A DNA stretch of 63,218 nucleotides, the filler included. It is 5 parts of 5 records of this genome, joined end to end, with 100 filler letters (N's around TTAATTAATTAA, not from the genome) between each part and the next. Parts side by side here need not be neighbours in the genome. Positions count along the whole stretch, not along the records: positions 13,018 to 36,895 come from SRR31156797_9747; 4 more parts are not named here. One strand, 5' to 3'. The notes under the pieces are model-generated. The model did no database searches and was not told the origin of the DNA. It saw only the letters and a program-made list of their open reading frames with translations. Of the stretch, positions 19,109 through 29,306 are shown one piece after another. A program made the translations under genes and the position numbers. Each line of letters opens with the position of its first letter. The stretch's first letter is position 1.

Positions 19109-19609
19109 TTAGCAATTATCATCAACTACCGTTGTTGTAACTTCATCACCAGCATCATTTGACGTTGCAGCAACAAAGTTAACATAACAGTTAGTCGCTG
19201 CAATTTCAGCGTATGTCGGAGTATCTCCAAGTGCAGTTGAAGGGAAAGTCGCGGCTAGATTTGTACCAGCACCGTTAGTTGCGTGTACCCAGTCAGTACC
19301 ACCAAGCCCTGCAACAGCTGCAACAATACCTGCATCATTAGCCGTTGGGTATCCGTACAATACAGTGATATTACTAGCTAACGTTTTAACATCTCCATCA
19401 CCTGTAGATGTATCAAGCCCTTCAATTGCTGCTTTGCCGTATACAATACCAGAGGCCCCGTCCATTGCACCTTTCAACCCCTGAAGTGCAGAAACACGAG
19501 CGTCACCTTGAAGGTTTAAGAAACGGGGTGCTGCTGTCACGGCAAGGATACCTAGGATCACAATCACCACAACTAATTCGATAAGGGTGAAACCACCTTG
19601 TCTTTTCAT
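19109..19609 (-). CDS. mshA: MSHA major pilin MshA
   Basis: [41 protein letters not shown] motif and a C-terminal Cys pair. Confidence 0.95.
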   Translation of the reverse strand: MKRQGGFTLIELVVVIVILGILAVTAAPRFLNLQGDARVSALQGLKGAMDGASGIVYGKAAIEGLDTSTGDGDVKTLASNITVLYGYPTANDAGIVAAVAGLGGTDWVHATNGAGTNLAATFPSTALGDTPTYAEIAATNCYVNFVAATSNDAGDEVTTTVVDDNC

Positions 19610-19636
19610 AACGTACTCTCTATTTATATCTAAGGG

Positions 19637-20212
19637 CTAATTCAATGTGACCGCAACACGGCCGGTTTTAAGTTCATACACAAATTGATGAGCACTCCCC
19701 TGTTCCTGTTGAATATAAGTACAGGTTGAGTTCGCACCATCCGCTTGTGCGGAATATTGCACTTGTGGATCACTACTTACCTCACTTTCCGTTCCAACAG
19801 AAGGTGGTTGTTGCAATAAGTTTTCCATTAAATCAATACAGGACTGAACCGTGACGGTTTCAGAATAACCACTACCATCACTTTTCAATCCGATTGGATA
19901 ACCGTCTCGAAAACCCGTATCTGCGCCAGAACTGGTTTTTGAGCGCGTTAACCAAAACTCTATGCCGTCATAATCTACAGCATTATATTTCTCACTTCCC
20001 ATACTCACAGAGGGGCGAGATTGTGCTTCCCATTGGGTTCTGGTGGCCATGACACCGGAGGAGAACCCACTGGCAACACTTTGAACACTGACTTCTTTAG
20101 CATCATCGATAACACCAAACATTTTAGGTAACGACGCGGCCGCTAATAATCCAATAATCACGAGGACGATGATTAATTCTAGCAGAGAGAAGCCTAACTG
20201 CTTGTTATTCAT
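19637..20212 (-). CDS. mshB: MSHA pilin MshB
   Basis: GFSLLEL prepilin motif, located directly upstream of mshA. Confidence 0.85.
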   Translation of the reverse strand: MNNKQLGFSLLELIIVLVIIGLLAAASLPKMFGVIDDAKEVSVQSVASGFSSGVMATRTQWEAQSRPSVSMGSEKYNAVDYDGIEFWLTRSKTSSGADTGFRDGYPIGLKSDGSGYSETVTVQSCIDLMENLLQQPPSVGTESEVSSDPQVQYSAQADGANSTCTYIQQEQGSAHQFVYELKTGRVAVTLN

Positions 20213-20316
20213 TGGTAATCCATTAAAACTAGCATACCGACTATTATACGCTTATATCAACAGACAAAAAGCGAAACAACGTCATAAATCAGTGATTCGT
20301 CAGCTAATTGACAATT

Positions 20317-21537
20317 CTATCCTTTCATGGCGTCCATCATACTCCACATTGGTAAGAAGATGCCCAGAGCAAGAATCAATACCATACCGGCAACAATCAC
20401 CAATAAAATCGGTTCAATTCTGGCAGTCAGTGTTTTTAAGTCGTAATCCACTTCCCGATCATAAAAATCTGACACTTCTAATAGTAGCTCATCAATTCGA
20501 CCGGTTTCTTCCCCCACCGAAATCATCTGAATAACCAGCGGGGTAAAGATATTGGTATTAATTGCGGTCGCGGAAACACTGCTACCCGCTTCAATCGCCG
20601 CTTTCATTTCCAGCAGCCGAGCTTCAAGGAACTTGTTGTCTAACGCCTCTGCAGAAAGGGCTAAAGACTGATTTAAAGGCACACCTGAACTTAACATCAA
20701 AGAGAAGGTTCTCGAAAAGCGTGACAATTGGGCTCGATTCACGATATTGCCGACAATCGGCATGCGTAATCGAAATTTATCCCACTTTTCTCTACCCGCA
20801 GAAGTACTGACCCAAGCGCGAAAACCAAACATCATCGCGACCATTGCCACAAACATCAGTAGCCAGTAGTTAACAAAAAAGTCTGACATACCAATTAAGA
20901 TTCGGGTCGGTAAAGGTAAGTCCACGCCGAAACGATTAAACATAGTGGCAAACTGCGGTATCACTTTGACGTTAAGGACAAACAGCGCAATCACAATAAA
21001 AGAGATGACAAATGTTGGATAGCGCATCGCGGTTTTAATTCGCTTACGCGTTTCGACTTCTTGTTCGTAATAACTTGCCAGTTGCAACAAGGCTTGATCT
21101 AAGCGACCCGTGTTTTCACCCACATTGACCATAGAAACAAACAGCGGGCTAAAAACCTTGGAGTGCATCTGCATTGATGCCGACAATCCACGGCCATTGG
21201 TCACTTCGTTACAAATTTGCTCGAGAGCCTCTTTTAACTGCTTGTTTTCACAATTCTGAGCCAGACCTCGCATTGAACGCAGTAGAGGCACCCCGGCTTT
21301 GGTCAGGCTGTATAACTGGCGACAAAATATCACCAAAACTTCCAGAGGAAGCGCCGGAGTCAACAAAGCCTGCCAGTCGATATTAACCGAGCCACCTTTT
21401 TTACCCACGGATATAGAGGTTGGAATAACGCCTTTGCCCATCAATGATTCAGCGGCCAGCTCTTCTGTCGGCGCATCAATGGTGCCCGATGCTTTGCTGC
21501 CGTCTAAGTTGCGTCCGAGGTATTGGTACGTTGGCAT
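20317..21537 (-). CDS. mshG: MSHA inner-membrane platform protein MshG (GspF/PilC family)
   Basis: AGVPL, GENTGRLD, AMRYP, GEETGRID and EPILL motifs. Confidence 0.95.
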   Translation of the reverse strand: MPTYQYLGRNLDGSKASGTIDAPTEELAAESLMGKGVIPTSISVGKKGGSVNIDWQALLTPALPLEVLVIFCRQLYSLTKAGVPLLRSMRGLAQNCENKQLKEALEQICNEVTNGRGLSASMQMHSKVFSPLFVSMVNVGENTGRLDQALLQLASYYEQEVETRKRIKTAMRYPTFVISFIVIALFVLNVKVIPQFATMFNRFGVDLPLPTRILIGMSDFFVNYWLLMFVAMVAMMFGFRAWVSTSAGREKWDKFRLRMPIVGNIVNRAQLSRFSRTFSLMLSSGVPLNQSLALSAEALDNKFLEARLLEMKAAIEAGSSVSATAINTNIFTPLVIQMISVGEETGRIDELLLEVSDFYDREVDYDLKTLTARIEPILLVIVAGMVLILALGIFLPMWSMMDAMKG

Positions 21538-21545
21538 ACTATCCC

Positions 21546-23273
21546 TTACAGATAAATAGGCTCAGGCATTGAAGCGGAATCACCTTCACCTAATGCCATC
21601 ACTTCTTCAACACTCACAACACCTTGCATTGCAAGCTCCATCGCAGAAGCTAACAAAGGTTTATAATTTTCTGATGCGCGCGCGGCGTGGGCAAAACCAA
21701 TCGCGTCATTGGCTCTTAACGCATCCATCATGTGATGCTCCAACTCAAGCATTTCAAACACACCAATACGACCGCGGTAGCCGGTTAAGTTACAGTTCTG
21801 ACAACCGCGACCTTGAACAAATTGCGTCTCCACTTGGTTAGGGAAACGAACCGTGAGCCACTGTTTTTGCGCTTCATCTAGCTGATGATTGGTTTTGCAA
21901 TCAGGACACACTTTACGCACCAAACGCTGAGCAATAACGGCCCGAACAGCACTCGCCACCAAGTAGCCGGGAGCCCCCATATCAATTAAACGCAATGCAG
22001 TTTCAACCGCATCGTTGGTGTGCAATGTACTTAGCACCAAGTGGCCCGTCAGCGCGGCACGCAAGCCAATTTCCACCGTTTCCTGATCGCGCATTTCCCC
22101 GATAAGAATAATATCCGGGTCCTGACGTAAAAAGGTTCGAAGCAAAGTAGAAAAGTCTAAGCCTATACGGGAGTTCACCTGTACCTGGTTAACGCGAGAT
22201 AATCGATATTCAACGGGGTCTTCAGCTGTAATGATTTTTTTACCTACTTCATTCAGCTCACTCAGGGCACCATAGAGTGTGGTGGTTTTACCGGAGCCAG
22301 TCGGTCCAGTAACCAAAATCATACCATGTGGACGTTTTAGCTGGCGTCGGAAGCGTTGCAATAAAGCGTCAGGAATACCTGATTTGCTTAACTCACGAAT
22401 CCCTGAAGATTGGTTGAGCAAACGCATGACCACAGATTCACCATATTGCACCGGCATAGTAGACATACGAATGTCCACCGACTGACCTTTGGCTCGGATG
22501 TTAAAGCGACCATCCTGAGGTAACCGTTTTTCAGAAATATCGAGGTTTGCCATTAATTTAAGGCGCGATACCAGAGCCGACGATATCCCAACTTCATTAA
22601 GGATAGTTTCGTGCAGAACCCCATCAACACGTTGACGTATACGTAATAGATTCGAATCTGGTTCGATATGGATATCCGACGCACCAACTTGAATTGCATC
22701 TTCAAACAGGGAGTTAATCAGTTTTACAACCGTAACTTCTTCACTATCACCGTCATTGCTAATATCGAAATCAAAAGCGTCATTGACCTGATGCTCAGCT
22801 TGTAGCTGCTCTGCAAACGAGGCGATTTCTTTGGTTCTTCGATAATAGCGATCAAAACCATCGACCAGTTGCTTTTCAGGCGCAATCACAAACTCAAAAC
22901 TGAACTGCGGCAACTGGTTGAGCAAAGACTCCTGAGCAAACAAGTCAGCAGGGTCACTCATCGCTACTCGAATCGTATCGCCAGTGCGTCCGATCACTAA
23001 CGCTCGAAGACGACGGGCATGCACTTCCGAAAGAAGTTGAACAGCGTCAATATCCACCGTCGCTCGGCTTAAATCGATCAGTGGCAAAGCCAGTTGCTGA
23101 GATAAGAACGTCAGCATCTGCTGCTCACTCAGAAAGCCCAGTTCAATAAGGGTATCACCTAACTTGCGACCGGTATTTTTCTGCGCTGAAAGAGCCTGAC
23201 CTAGCTGTTCATCCGTTACAATACCCTCTTCAACCAGCAAGTCACCCAGTCTTTTTCTTAGTTTAATTGCCAC
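21546..23273 (-). CDS. mshE: MSHA extension ATPase MshE with a c-di-GMP-binding MshEN domain
   Basis: Tandem RLGDLLVEEG / KLGDTLIELG motifs, GPTGSGKT, LRQDPD and Zn-binding CxxC pairs. Start at GTG 23273. Confidence 0.95.
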   Translation of the reverse strand: MAIKLRKRLGDLLVEEGIVTDEQLGQALSAQKNTGRKLGDTLIELGFLSEQQMLTFLSQQLALPLIDLSRATVDIDAVQLLSEVHARRLRALVIGRTGDTIRVAMSDPADLFAQESLLNQLPQFSFEFVIAPEKQLVDGFDRYYRRTKEIASFAEQLQAEHQVNDAFDFDISNDGDSEEVTVVKLINSLFEDAIQVGASDIHIEPDSNLLRIRQRVDGVLHETILNEVGISSALVSRLKLMANLDISEKRLPQDGRFNIRAKGQSVDIRMSTMPVQYGESVVMRLLNQSSGIRELSKSGIPDALLQRFRRQLKRPHGMILVTGPTGSGKTTTLYGALSELNEVGKKIITAEDPVEYRLSRVNQVQVNSRIGLDFSTLLRTFLRQDPDIILIGEMRDQETVEIGLRAALTGHLVLSTLHTNDAVETALRLIDMGAPGYLVASAVRAVIAQRLVRKVCPDCKTNHQLDEAQKQWLTVRFPNQVETQFVQGRGCQNCNLTGYRGRIGVFEMLELEHHMMDALRANDAIGFAHAARASENYKPLLASAMELAMQGVVSVEEVMALGEGDSASMPEPIYL

Positions 23274-24366
23274 TGTTGTTGGTCTCCTGTAACTGTTCAA
23301 GCACTTTAAGGCGGTCACGAATGAATGCTTGTGACTGGCTTGAAACACCAACCTTAGTTAATGCATTTTGATAAGAGTTCTTTGCTTCATCGAACATTAA
23401 GGTACGCTCTTGTTGGATGGCTAATCCTAACCACCAGCGAGCATTAGCCGACTCTTTTTCGGTGAGCTGTTGATAGCTTTCCAATGCGATTTCATTCTGC
23501 TTACTTTTTTGGGCTAACGCGGCACGCAGTGACAAATACTCTGCCGTGACAGCCGGTGGCAAATGCACTAAAGGCGATAACGCGGCTTCCGACTGATTTT
23601 CTTTAACTAAAAATTTCGCTAAAGCGATACGCAGAGACTCACCATCAAGGTTGAGTTCAATACCTCGTTGAAGCAGTTCAAACGTTTTACGAACCTCGCC
23701 TTTGCCGTAATACAGTGCGGCGAGCTTTTTTCGCACCTCTTCATTGTCTGGCGTGTAACGCAAAGCTTCTCGATACGCATTGACCGCATTTTGGAAGTCA
23801 TTCGCTTCCATCGCTTTGTTTGCTCGGGAGATTGCTTTTTCAGCCAGCTTTTCAGGACTCATTTCAACTTGTTCAACGACCACGGTACCTGACGTGGATG
23901 TTTCAACGTTGCTCTTGGCTACTGGTACGGTGGTATTACTCGCCAACAGTAAAGGTTTAGGTTGGGAAACTTTCTTTTCTGTGACCGCAGGAGCAGCAGG
24001 TTGAGCAGGAATAACATCCTGTTCCACCACCTTATCCTCATTGGTCTCTATCGGAGCAGAATGATAAACAGTGACCGCTAACTGGTTAGTTTTTTGCGTA
24101 GGTGAAGGTTGCTGGACCTCAACAGGTTGTGAAACAGCCAATGCCTCCACTTCTAACGACTGAACGATCGGTTGTTGGTTTTGGATGACCGCTGCTTGCT
24201 GAGACACCGCCCAGCCACCAACCGCTAAACTCAGACCAAACCCTGCTGCAACCCAAACCCATACCGGGCGTGACTTAACCGGAGCCACCTGAGCTTTTTC
24301 AATCTGTTCAAGTGATGATTTCTGCGTATTAGCAAGCTGCGATAACGCTTTGTTCATAACACTCAT
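23263..24366 (-). CDS. mshN: MSHA biogenesis protein MshN (TPR)
   Basis: MSVMNKAL start, TM helix, low-complexity linker, C-terminal TPRs, and synteny. Confidence 0.88.
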   Translation of the reverse strand: MSVMNKALSQLANTQKSSLEQIEKAQVAPVKSRPVWVWVAAGFGLSLAVGGWAVSQQAAVIQNQQPIVQSLEVEALAVSQPVEVQQPSPTQKTNQLAVTVYHSAPIETNEDKVVEQDVIPAQPAAPAVTEKKVSQPKPLLLASNTTVPVAKSNVETSTSGTVVVEQVEMSPEKLAEKAISRANKAMEANDFQNAVNAYREALRYTPDNEEVRKKLAALYYGKGEVRKTFELLQRGIELNLDGESLRIALAKFLVKENQSEAALSPLVHLPPAVTAEYLSLRAALAQKSKQNEIALESYQQLTEKESANARWWLGLAIQQERTLMFDEAKNSYQNALTKVGVSSQSQAFIRDRLKVLEQLQETNNSGN

Positions 24367-25208
24367 CAATGACTCCATCCCCAAATAACTGGGGCTTTAT
24401 GTTTAGGTTTACAGGTATCGTATGTATCGTGGATAGCCGAATATAAATGCTGATTTTTTACCCATTGAGCCCGTTCATAAAAAGCAAGCAATAGTGTTTT
24501 ATGACATACCTGATTAATTAAACGCGGCGTTCCCATACACGCTTTCCATATCGCTTTTTTCTGGCTCAGGCTAAACAGTTTTCCTTCAAAGCCAGACTTC
24601 GCCAGTCGATTATCGATGTATGCCACTGTTTCTGATAAATCCAATGCTCTTAACGTCGCATTAAAAGTAATCCTCTGACGAAACTGTCTTAAATGATGCT
24701 GAGACAAACGTTCGTCGAGCTCAGGTTGCCCAATCAATACTAGCTGTAGCAACTTCGTTTGCTCTGTTTCTAAATTTCCAAATAGGCGCAGCACTTCGAG
24801 AGCCTCATCTGACAAAGCCTGCGCTTCATCAAGTAGTACAACCACTCGTTTACCACTGTGATGATGCTCTATCAAGCGGGCTTGAATCGCTTCGACTAAG
24901 CCCAGTTCTGATGTCGACTCTATACTTAACTCGGTAGCAATAGCTCGTCGTAAATCATCACCATTTAACGCAGGATTCGGTAGATATATCAGTTCCACAT
25001 AATCACTTAAATGCGTTAGCAACATGCGACAAACCATGGTTTTACCTGTTCCTACTTCACCAGTGACCTTAATGACGCCCTCCCCCATTTGAAGAGCAGC
25101 ACTGACGGTTTGAATGGCTTCATAATGAGGGTCCAAGCCTAAAAACAACCCAGTGTCAGGCGTTAAATGAAAAGGCTGTTGAGTAAAACCAAAATGCTCT
25201 AAATACAT
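24366..25208 (-). CDS. mshM: MSHA biogenesis ATPase MshM (ExeA family)
   Basis: MYLEHFG...PF, GEVGTGKT, LLDEAQ and GQPEL. Confidence 0.93.
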   Translation of the reverse strand: MYLEHFGFTQQPFHLTPDTGLFLGLDPHYEAIQTVSAALQMGEGVIKVTGEVGTGKTMVCRMLLTHLSDYVELIYLPNPALNGDDLRRAIATELSIESTSELGLVEAIQARLIEHHHSGKRVVVLLDEAQALSDEALEVLRLFGNLETEQTKLLQLVLIGQPELDERLSQHHLRQFRQRITFNATLRALDLSETVAYIDNRLAKSGFEGKLFSLSQKKAIWKACMGTPRLINQVCHKTLLLAFYERAQWVKNQHLYSAIHDTYDTCKPKHKAPVIWGWSH

Positions 25209-25213
25209 AGTCC

Positions 25214-26878
25214 TTACTCAGAATCCGGGAACCACTCCTGCAGTAGATCGCGTGAACGTTCCAACTCTTTTTGCCAAGTGTTCACACCTACCACAGTCGG
25301 TTTAAGCAGAATGACCAGTTCTGTTTTCTGCGTTGCTTGTGATGTATTGCGGAAAGCATGACCTAACAGTGGAATATCGCCCAAGAAAGGGACTTTCGAT
25401 GTCTGGTTTATGGTATTGCTTTTCATCAAGCCACCGATAACCACCACATCACCATCGTTGGCATGAATGACAGAGTCTGACTCTCTTATTGAACTCTTCG
25501 CTAAAGGCAGTGAGAACTCTTTATCGTTATAGACGAAAATCTTATTTTCTTCTTCAACATCGATAACCGCAGGATGAACATGCAATAGCACCTTCCCTTT
25601 GTCATCGATTTGCGGAGTGACATCTAATGTAATCCCCGAGAAAAATTGGGTGAGTTCAACATCCGTCGACGATTCTGAGTTGTCTCCATCACCAGTATCA
25701 CTGGATAGCGAAGTAATGTAATAAGCTTCAGAGCCCACTTTAATCATCGCTTTCTGATTGTTGACGGCAGTGACTCGAGGACTTGAAAGTACATTGAGAT
25801 CACCTTGGGTCGCCATGAAACTCAGTACCGCTTCAAAGCTACCACTCGACATAACGATGTTGGTTTGTCCGCCCAGTAAGGTGCCAATAGTGCCTAAACC
25901 AGGCAAAGCTGATACCGCACTACCGAGCGTAGAAGCCGTGCTATCTAAAGCGGTGTCACCCGCACCAATCGCATACTGGGTACCGTTTGAGCTAAACATC
26001 TTGTTCCAGTTAATCCCTTGCTGGAAACCGTCATTCAGTGTCACCTCAAGAATTTTGGCTTCCATAATGACCTGACGTTGAATTCTGTCTTGTGATATAC
26101 CTAAGAACCGTCTTACTTCGCGGATTTCATCCGGATAAGCACGTAAAGAAATTACACTGGCTTGGGGCATAACCACAACACTTTGACCTCTACCAGAGCC
26201 AATTAATCGGCTAACAGCGGTCTGTAGTTGCGGCCAAAAATTGCTTTCATTCTCTGTCGAGATCGTTGTTCCACCAGAAATGGTTGAACGATTGCTGGTG
26301 TCGTTGTTACCGCTGTCATTAGAGCTGCTCGATGATGAGTTGTTATTAGAGCCGGAGTTCGAGCTGCCGGTCGTGCCTGTGACCACTGAAGTTAATGAGC
26401 GTCCGCTACGTTTCAAACTTAAAAAGTCCACTGGAATCGTCACCGTACGCAACCCAGCCGGATAAACTTGAATAACCTTACCGACTTTCTCTATTTGATA
26501 ACCATACAGATCACGAACGACATCTAGTGCTTCATCTAATGTCACTTCAGATAGGTTAACGGTCACTCGTCCTTCTACGGACGGGTGAATAGCCACACTG
26601 TACTCGGTTCCTTTCACTAAGCTGGCGAAGAACGCTTTCGCTTCCACACCATTCGCCTGAATTCGAAAACGCTTCAAGTTACGCTCTGACGCTGATATTA
26701 CCCCTTCCATTTCAGGCATAAGGTCTGCTTCTACCGACGCTGGTAAGTTGTCTAAGTTTCGACTGTTGGCTTCATTAATTGCCTGATTGAGCGACTGCTT
26801 AACTTCAACTGGATCTCGGTGTCCCATTGAACACCCCACCAGACTGACCAGCATTACGCCTATAACCACTTTACGCAT
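25214..26878 (-). CDS. mshL: MSHA secretin MshL
   Basis: Lipobox LVGC and secretin motifs (QVIMEAKILEV, LSSPR, IGGL, KVPFLGDIPLLG). Confidence 0.95.
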   Translation of the reverse strand: MRKVVIGVMLVSLVGCSMGHRDPVEVKQSLNQAINEANSRNLDNLPASVEADLMPEMEGVISASERNLKRFRIQANGVEAKAFFASLVKGTEYSVAIHPSVEGRVTVNLSEVTLDEALDVVRDLYGYQIEKVGKVIQVYPAGLRTVTIPVDFLSLKRSGRSLTSVVTGTTGSSNSGSNNNSSSSSSNDSGNNDTSNRSTISGGTTISTENESNFWPQLQTAVSRLIGSGRGQSVVVMPQASVISLRAYPDEIREVRRFLGISQDRIQRQVIMEAKILEVTLNDGFQQGINWNKMFSSNGTQYAIGAGDTALDSTASTLGSAVSALPGLGTIGTLLGGQTNIVMSSGSFEAVLSFMATQGDLNVLSSPRVTAVNNQKAMIKVGSEAYYITSLSSDTGDGDNSESSTDVELTQFFSGITLDVTPQIDDKGKVLLHVHPAVIDVEEENKIFVYNDKEFSLPLAKSSIRESDSVIHANDGDVVVIGGLMKSNTINQTSKVPFLGDIPLLGHAFRNTSQATQKTELVILLKPTVVGVNTWQKELERSRDLLQEWFPDSE

Positions 26879-26892
26879 ATGAATCCTTAACC

Positions 26893-27219
26893 TTATTCTT
26901 TAATGTCCAGAGAGAACAACTCGAGCGTCCAACTCTTTTTACCGCGCTTAAGTTCTACCTGAGTCGGGGTTATTTGTGTCACACGATACCCTGCCACTTT
27001 TTCACCGCCGCTAACAACCTGATCATTCAATATTGCAAAGCACTCATCATTACCTTGGCAAACAATGCTTTGTAGCTCCGGCACCGGAACTTGTCGCGCT
27101 TTTTTAACCTGTTGTTTCTTTGTCCAACCAATTGGGGCTGTTGGATCTTGTTCTTGAGCTGATGAAACAGGCATGACGATGATCGCTAATAACACCAACC
27201 ACCAATGTTTGTTAACCAC
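26893..27219 (-). CDS. mshK: MSHA biogenesis protein MshK
   Basis: Signal peptide, QDPTAP motif and synteny. Start taken at the GTG overlapping the end of mshJ. Confidence 0.85.
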   Translation of the reverse strand: MVNKHWWLVLLAIIVMPVSSAQEQDPTAPIGWTKKQQVKKARQVPVPELQSIVCQGNDECFAILNDQVVSGGEKVAGYRVTQITPTQVELKRGKKSWTLELFSLDIKE

Positions 27220-27853
27220 CAATAAACTCCTCTCGAGTTCCAAGCGTATACACTTCCAGTGTCAAACGAGCATTCGGGTAGCTTTCAACTTGATACTGAA
27301 AACTGCGCCAGTAGTATTTAACCGGTAAGTTTTCCAAAGCTTGCAGATAATCCCTGATTGCAAAATAAGTACCAGTCAGCTCAATCCGAACCGGATGTAA
27401 GAAAAATTGCGCTTGTTCACCGGTCTCATTTATTGGACTTGAAGGCAACGACTCTAAACTGACTAACTTGAGTTTGGCACTGTGGCTGAGCACGCTTTGC
27501 AGTAAATCAGCCATCTGAGACGGTGACACAAGATTGCTGATCACATCTGAAAGCTGCTTCGAAAGCTCTTGGCTCTGATCGAGCAGTAGAGCGAACTCTT
27601 TGTTGATCTCTTGGTTCGGGTCCATAGCCAGCTCCCTTTCCAGGATGACGATTTCATTCTGCATGCGCTGATTCGTTAACTGAGTTGAAGATAACTTTTC
27701 CTGCGTCGCTTTTTTTTGACTCAACACTGGATCAAGCAGTAATGTCTGCATCGCTAAAACAATCACGATGACACCACATACTGTAATCAACCATTTTTCT
27801 CTAGGTGCTCGCTGAGAAAACTGCTCACCCCAAAGTTTCCAGCGCTCATTCAT
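27212..27853 (-). CDS. mshJ: MSHA biogenesis protein MshJ (GspM/PilO-like)
   Basis: PREKWLI plus TM, coiled coil, YLQALE...YYW, and synteny. Confidence 0.9.
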   Translation of the reverse strand: MNERWKLWGEQFSQRAPREKWLITVCGVIVIVLAMQTLLLDPVLSQKKATQEKLSSTQLTNQRMQNEIVILERELAMDPNQEINKEFALLLDQSQELSKQLSDVISNLVSPSQMADLLQSVLSHSAKLKLVSLESLPSSPINETGEQAQFFLHPVRIELTGTYFAIRDYLQALENLPVKYYWRSFQYQVESYPNARLTLEVYTLGTREEFIGG

Positions 27854-29300
27854 TCTCTTCAGTGCCTCGTTTAGATTTCAACTCAAAGGTGACAATATCT
27901 TGTTCGTTCCTGCCGATACTTAACTGCTCAAAAGTCCGCCCCATCAGGCTAACTTCTTGCTTAAACTGAGTAATCCAACTCGGGACGACACTGGCATCTC
28001 TGGCTAACCCTGTCACATCTAAAGCGCTTTCATTCACTTTAACTGTGCTTAGACTGATGTCTGAACGGGCGAGCTTTGACAAACTGGTCATAACGCCTGA
28101 ATAACCCATTTGTTGAGAAACATCATATTGAGCTAAAGCAGCCAATGATGCTTGCTTAGCCACATTTTCTCGCTTTAAACGTTCAACAGCGGCAATTTTT
28201 TCAGCCGCGGGCAAGTGTTTCGCCTTTTTCTGTTTTAAATCCGTAACTTGATCTGTGAGAGTACTGCTTCTCTGACTTGCTAACTTCGCTTGCTGGCTCA
28301 ACTCAACAGATTGATACTGGAACAGTGCAAACAGCAATAACATCACAACAGCAGCACCTCCCCACACGGCTGCAACCGTATTGAGAGTCAATATTTCTTT
28401 CTTCGGCTTTAGCTGCTGCTGATAAAAATTGATCGCATCTTGTGGAACTTGATGAGCAAATTGGGCAAGAACCTTACCCGAAACCTGCAAAGGATCATTT
28501 TCCATCAATGGCAGCACTTTTACGCTCAAACGATCGTTCAGTTCCTGAACGAGCTCTAGCTGCTGCTCTTCATCACAACAAACTTTAAGTTGATGCAGTG
28601 ACGTGGTTTTAAACTGGGAGGAGAGATAATCAATCGAACGCTGCAACTCCAGAGCCAATCCATCAAGTTGCAAAGCAGTACTTGCTACACCCGTTATCGG
28701 CGCAACGACCCCACGAAGCGTTCGTTGGAAAATACAACGTTCATCGACAAACGCATCTAACTTAAAGTGACTACCTTTACTGCGTTGAACTAACAGGAAG
28801 TTTTTCAGTTCACCACTGGTTCTGCCCCATACTTCTTGTTCTGGAGTAACGCTCTCTAGTTCGCAGCCCAATGAAGATAATAGGTTGCGTACCTCTATGA
28901 CCTGCTTTTTATTGATCACATAAGCTTGGACTTTGTTACTGCCTTCTAGCTGGTAAGCATCGGCCAGAACATCTGCTGCCTTTTCAGTAATTAGGTCCTT
29001 AAGTAAAAAAGGTAACGCACTCTGCCACTCTTCTTCAGGAATCGCAGGTTTATCGATTTGGTAACTTTGATACAGCTGAGAATGAAGAACAATGTGAACA
29101 TTCAACCCTTTTCCACCAGCGGAACTAATGGCATTAATAAGAGCTTGTGGCCAAGGTTGATTGGCCAGAGGGTAATGTTCAGGCAAAGATAGGGCTTCTG
29201 ATGAAGAAAAATAGATTTCATCAGGCTGGATGACAGCATATACAGCTTGCTGCTTAGATTTACCGCGAGAAAAACGTTTTAAAAAATCACTAATTTTCAT
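27846..29300 (-). CDS. mshI: MSHA biogenesis protein MshI
   Basis: LALELQRSIDY and INFY motifs (PilM/PilN-like); first gene after csrD. Confidence 0.9.
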   Translation of the reverse strand: MKISDFLKRFSRGKSKQQAVYAVIQPDEIYFSSSEALSLPEHYPLANQPWPQALINAISSAGGKGLNVHIVLHSQLYQSYQIDKPAIPEEEWQSALPFLLKDLITEKAADVLADAYQLEGSNKVQAYVINKKQVIEVRNLLSSLGCELESVTPEQEVWGRTSGELKNFLLVQRSKGSHFKLDAFVDERCIFQRTLRGVVAPITGVASTALQLDGLALELQRSIDYLSSQFKTTSLHQLKVCCDEEQQLELVQELNDRLSVKVLPLMENDPLQVSGKVLAQFAHQVPQDAINFYQQQLKPKKEILTLNTVAAVWGGAAVVMLLLFALFQYQSVELSQQAKLASQRSSTLTDQVTDLKQKKAKHLPAAEKIAAVERLKRENVAKQASLAALAQYDVSQQMGYSGVMTSLSKLARSDISLSTVKVNESALDVTGLARDASVVPSWITQFKQEVSLMGRTFEQLSIGRNEQDIVTFELKSKRGTEENE

Positions 29301-29306
29301 TTGCCA

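Noticed and set aside
20169-20534. Plus-strand 121-aa ORF as a possible mshF replacement
   Set aside because: Wrong strand, overlaps mshG and mshB, and has no recognisable features.
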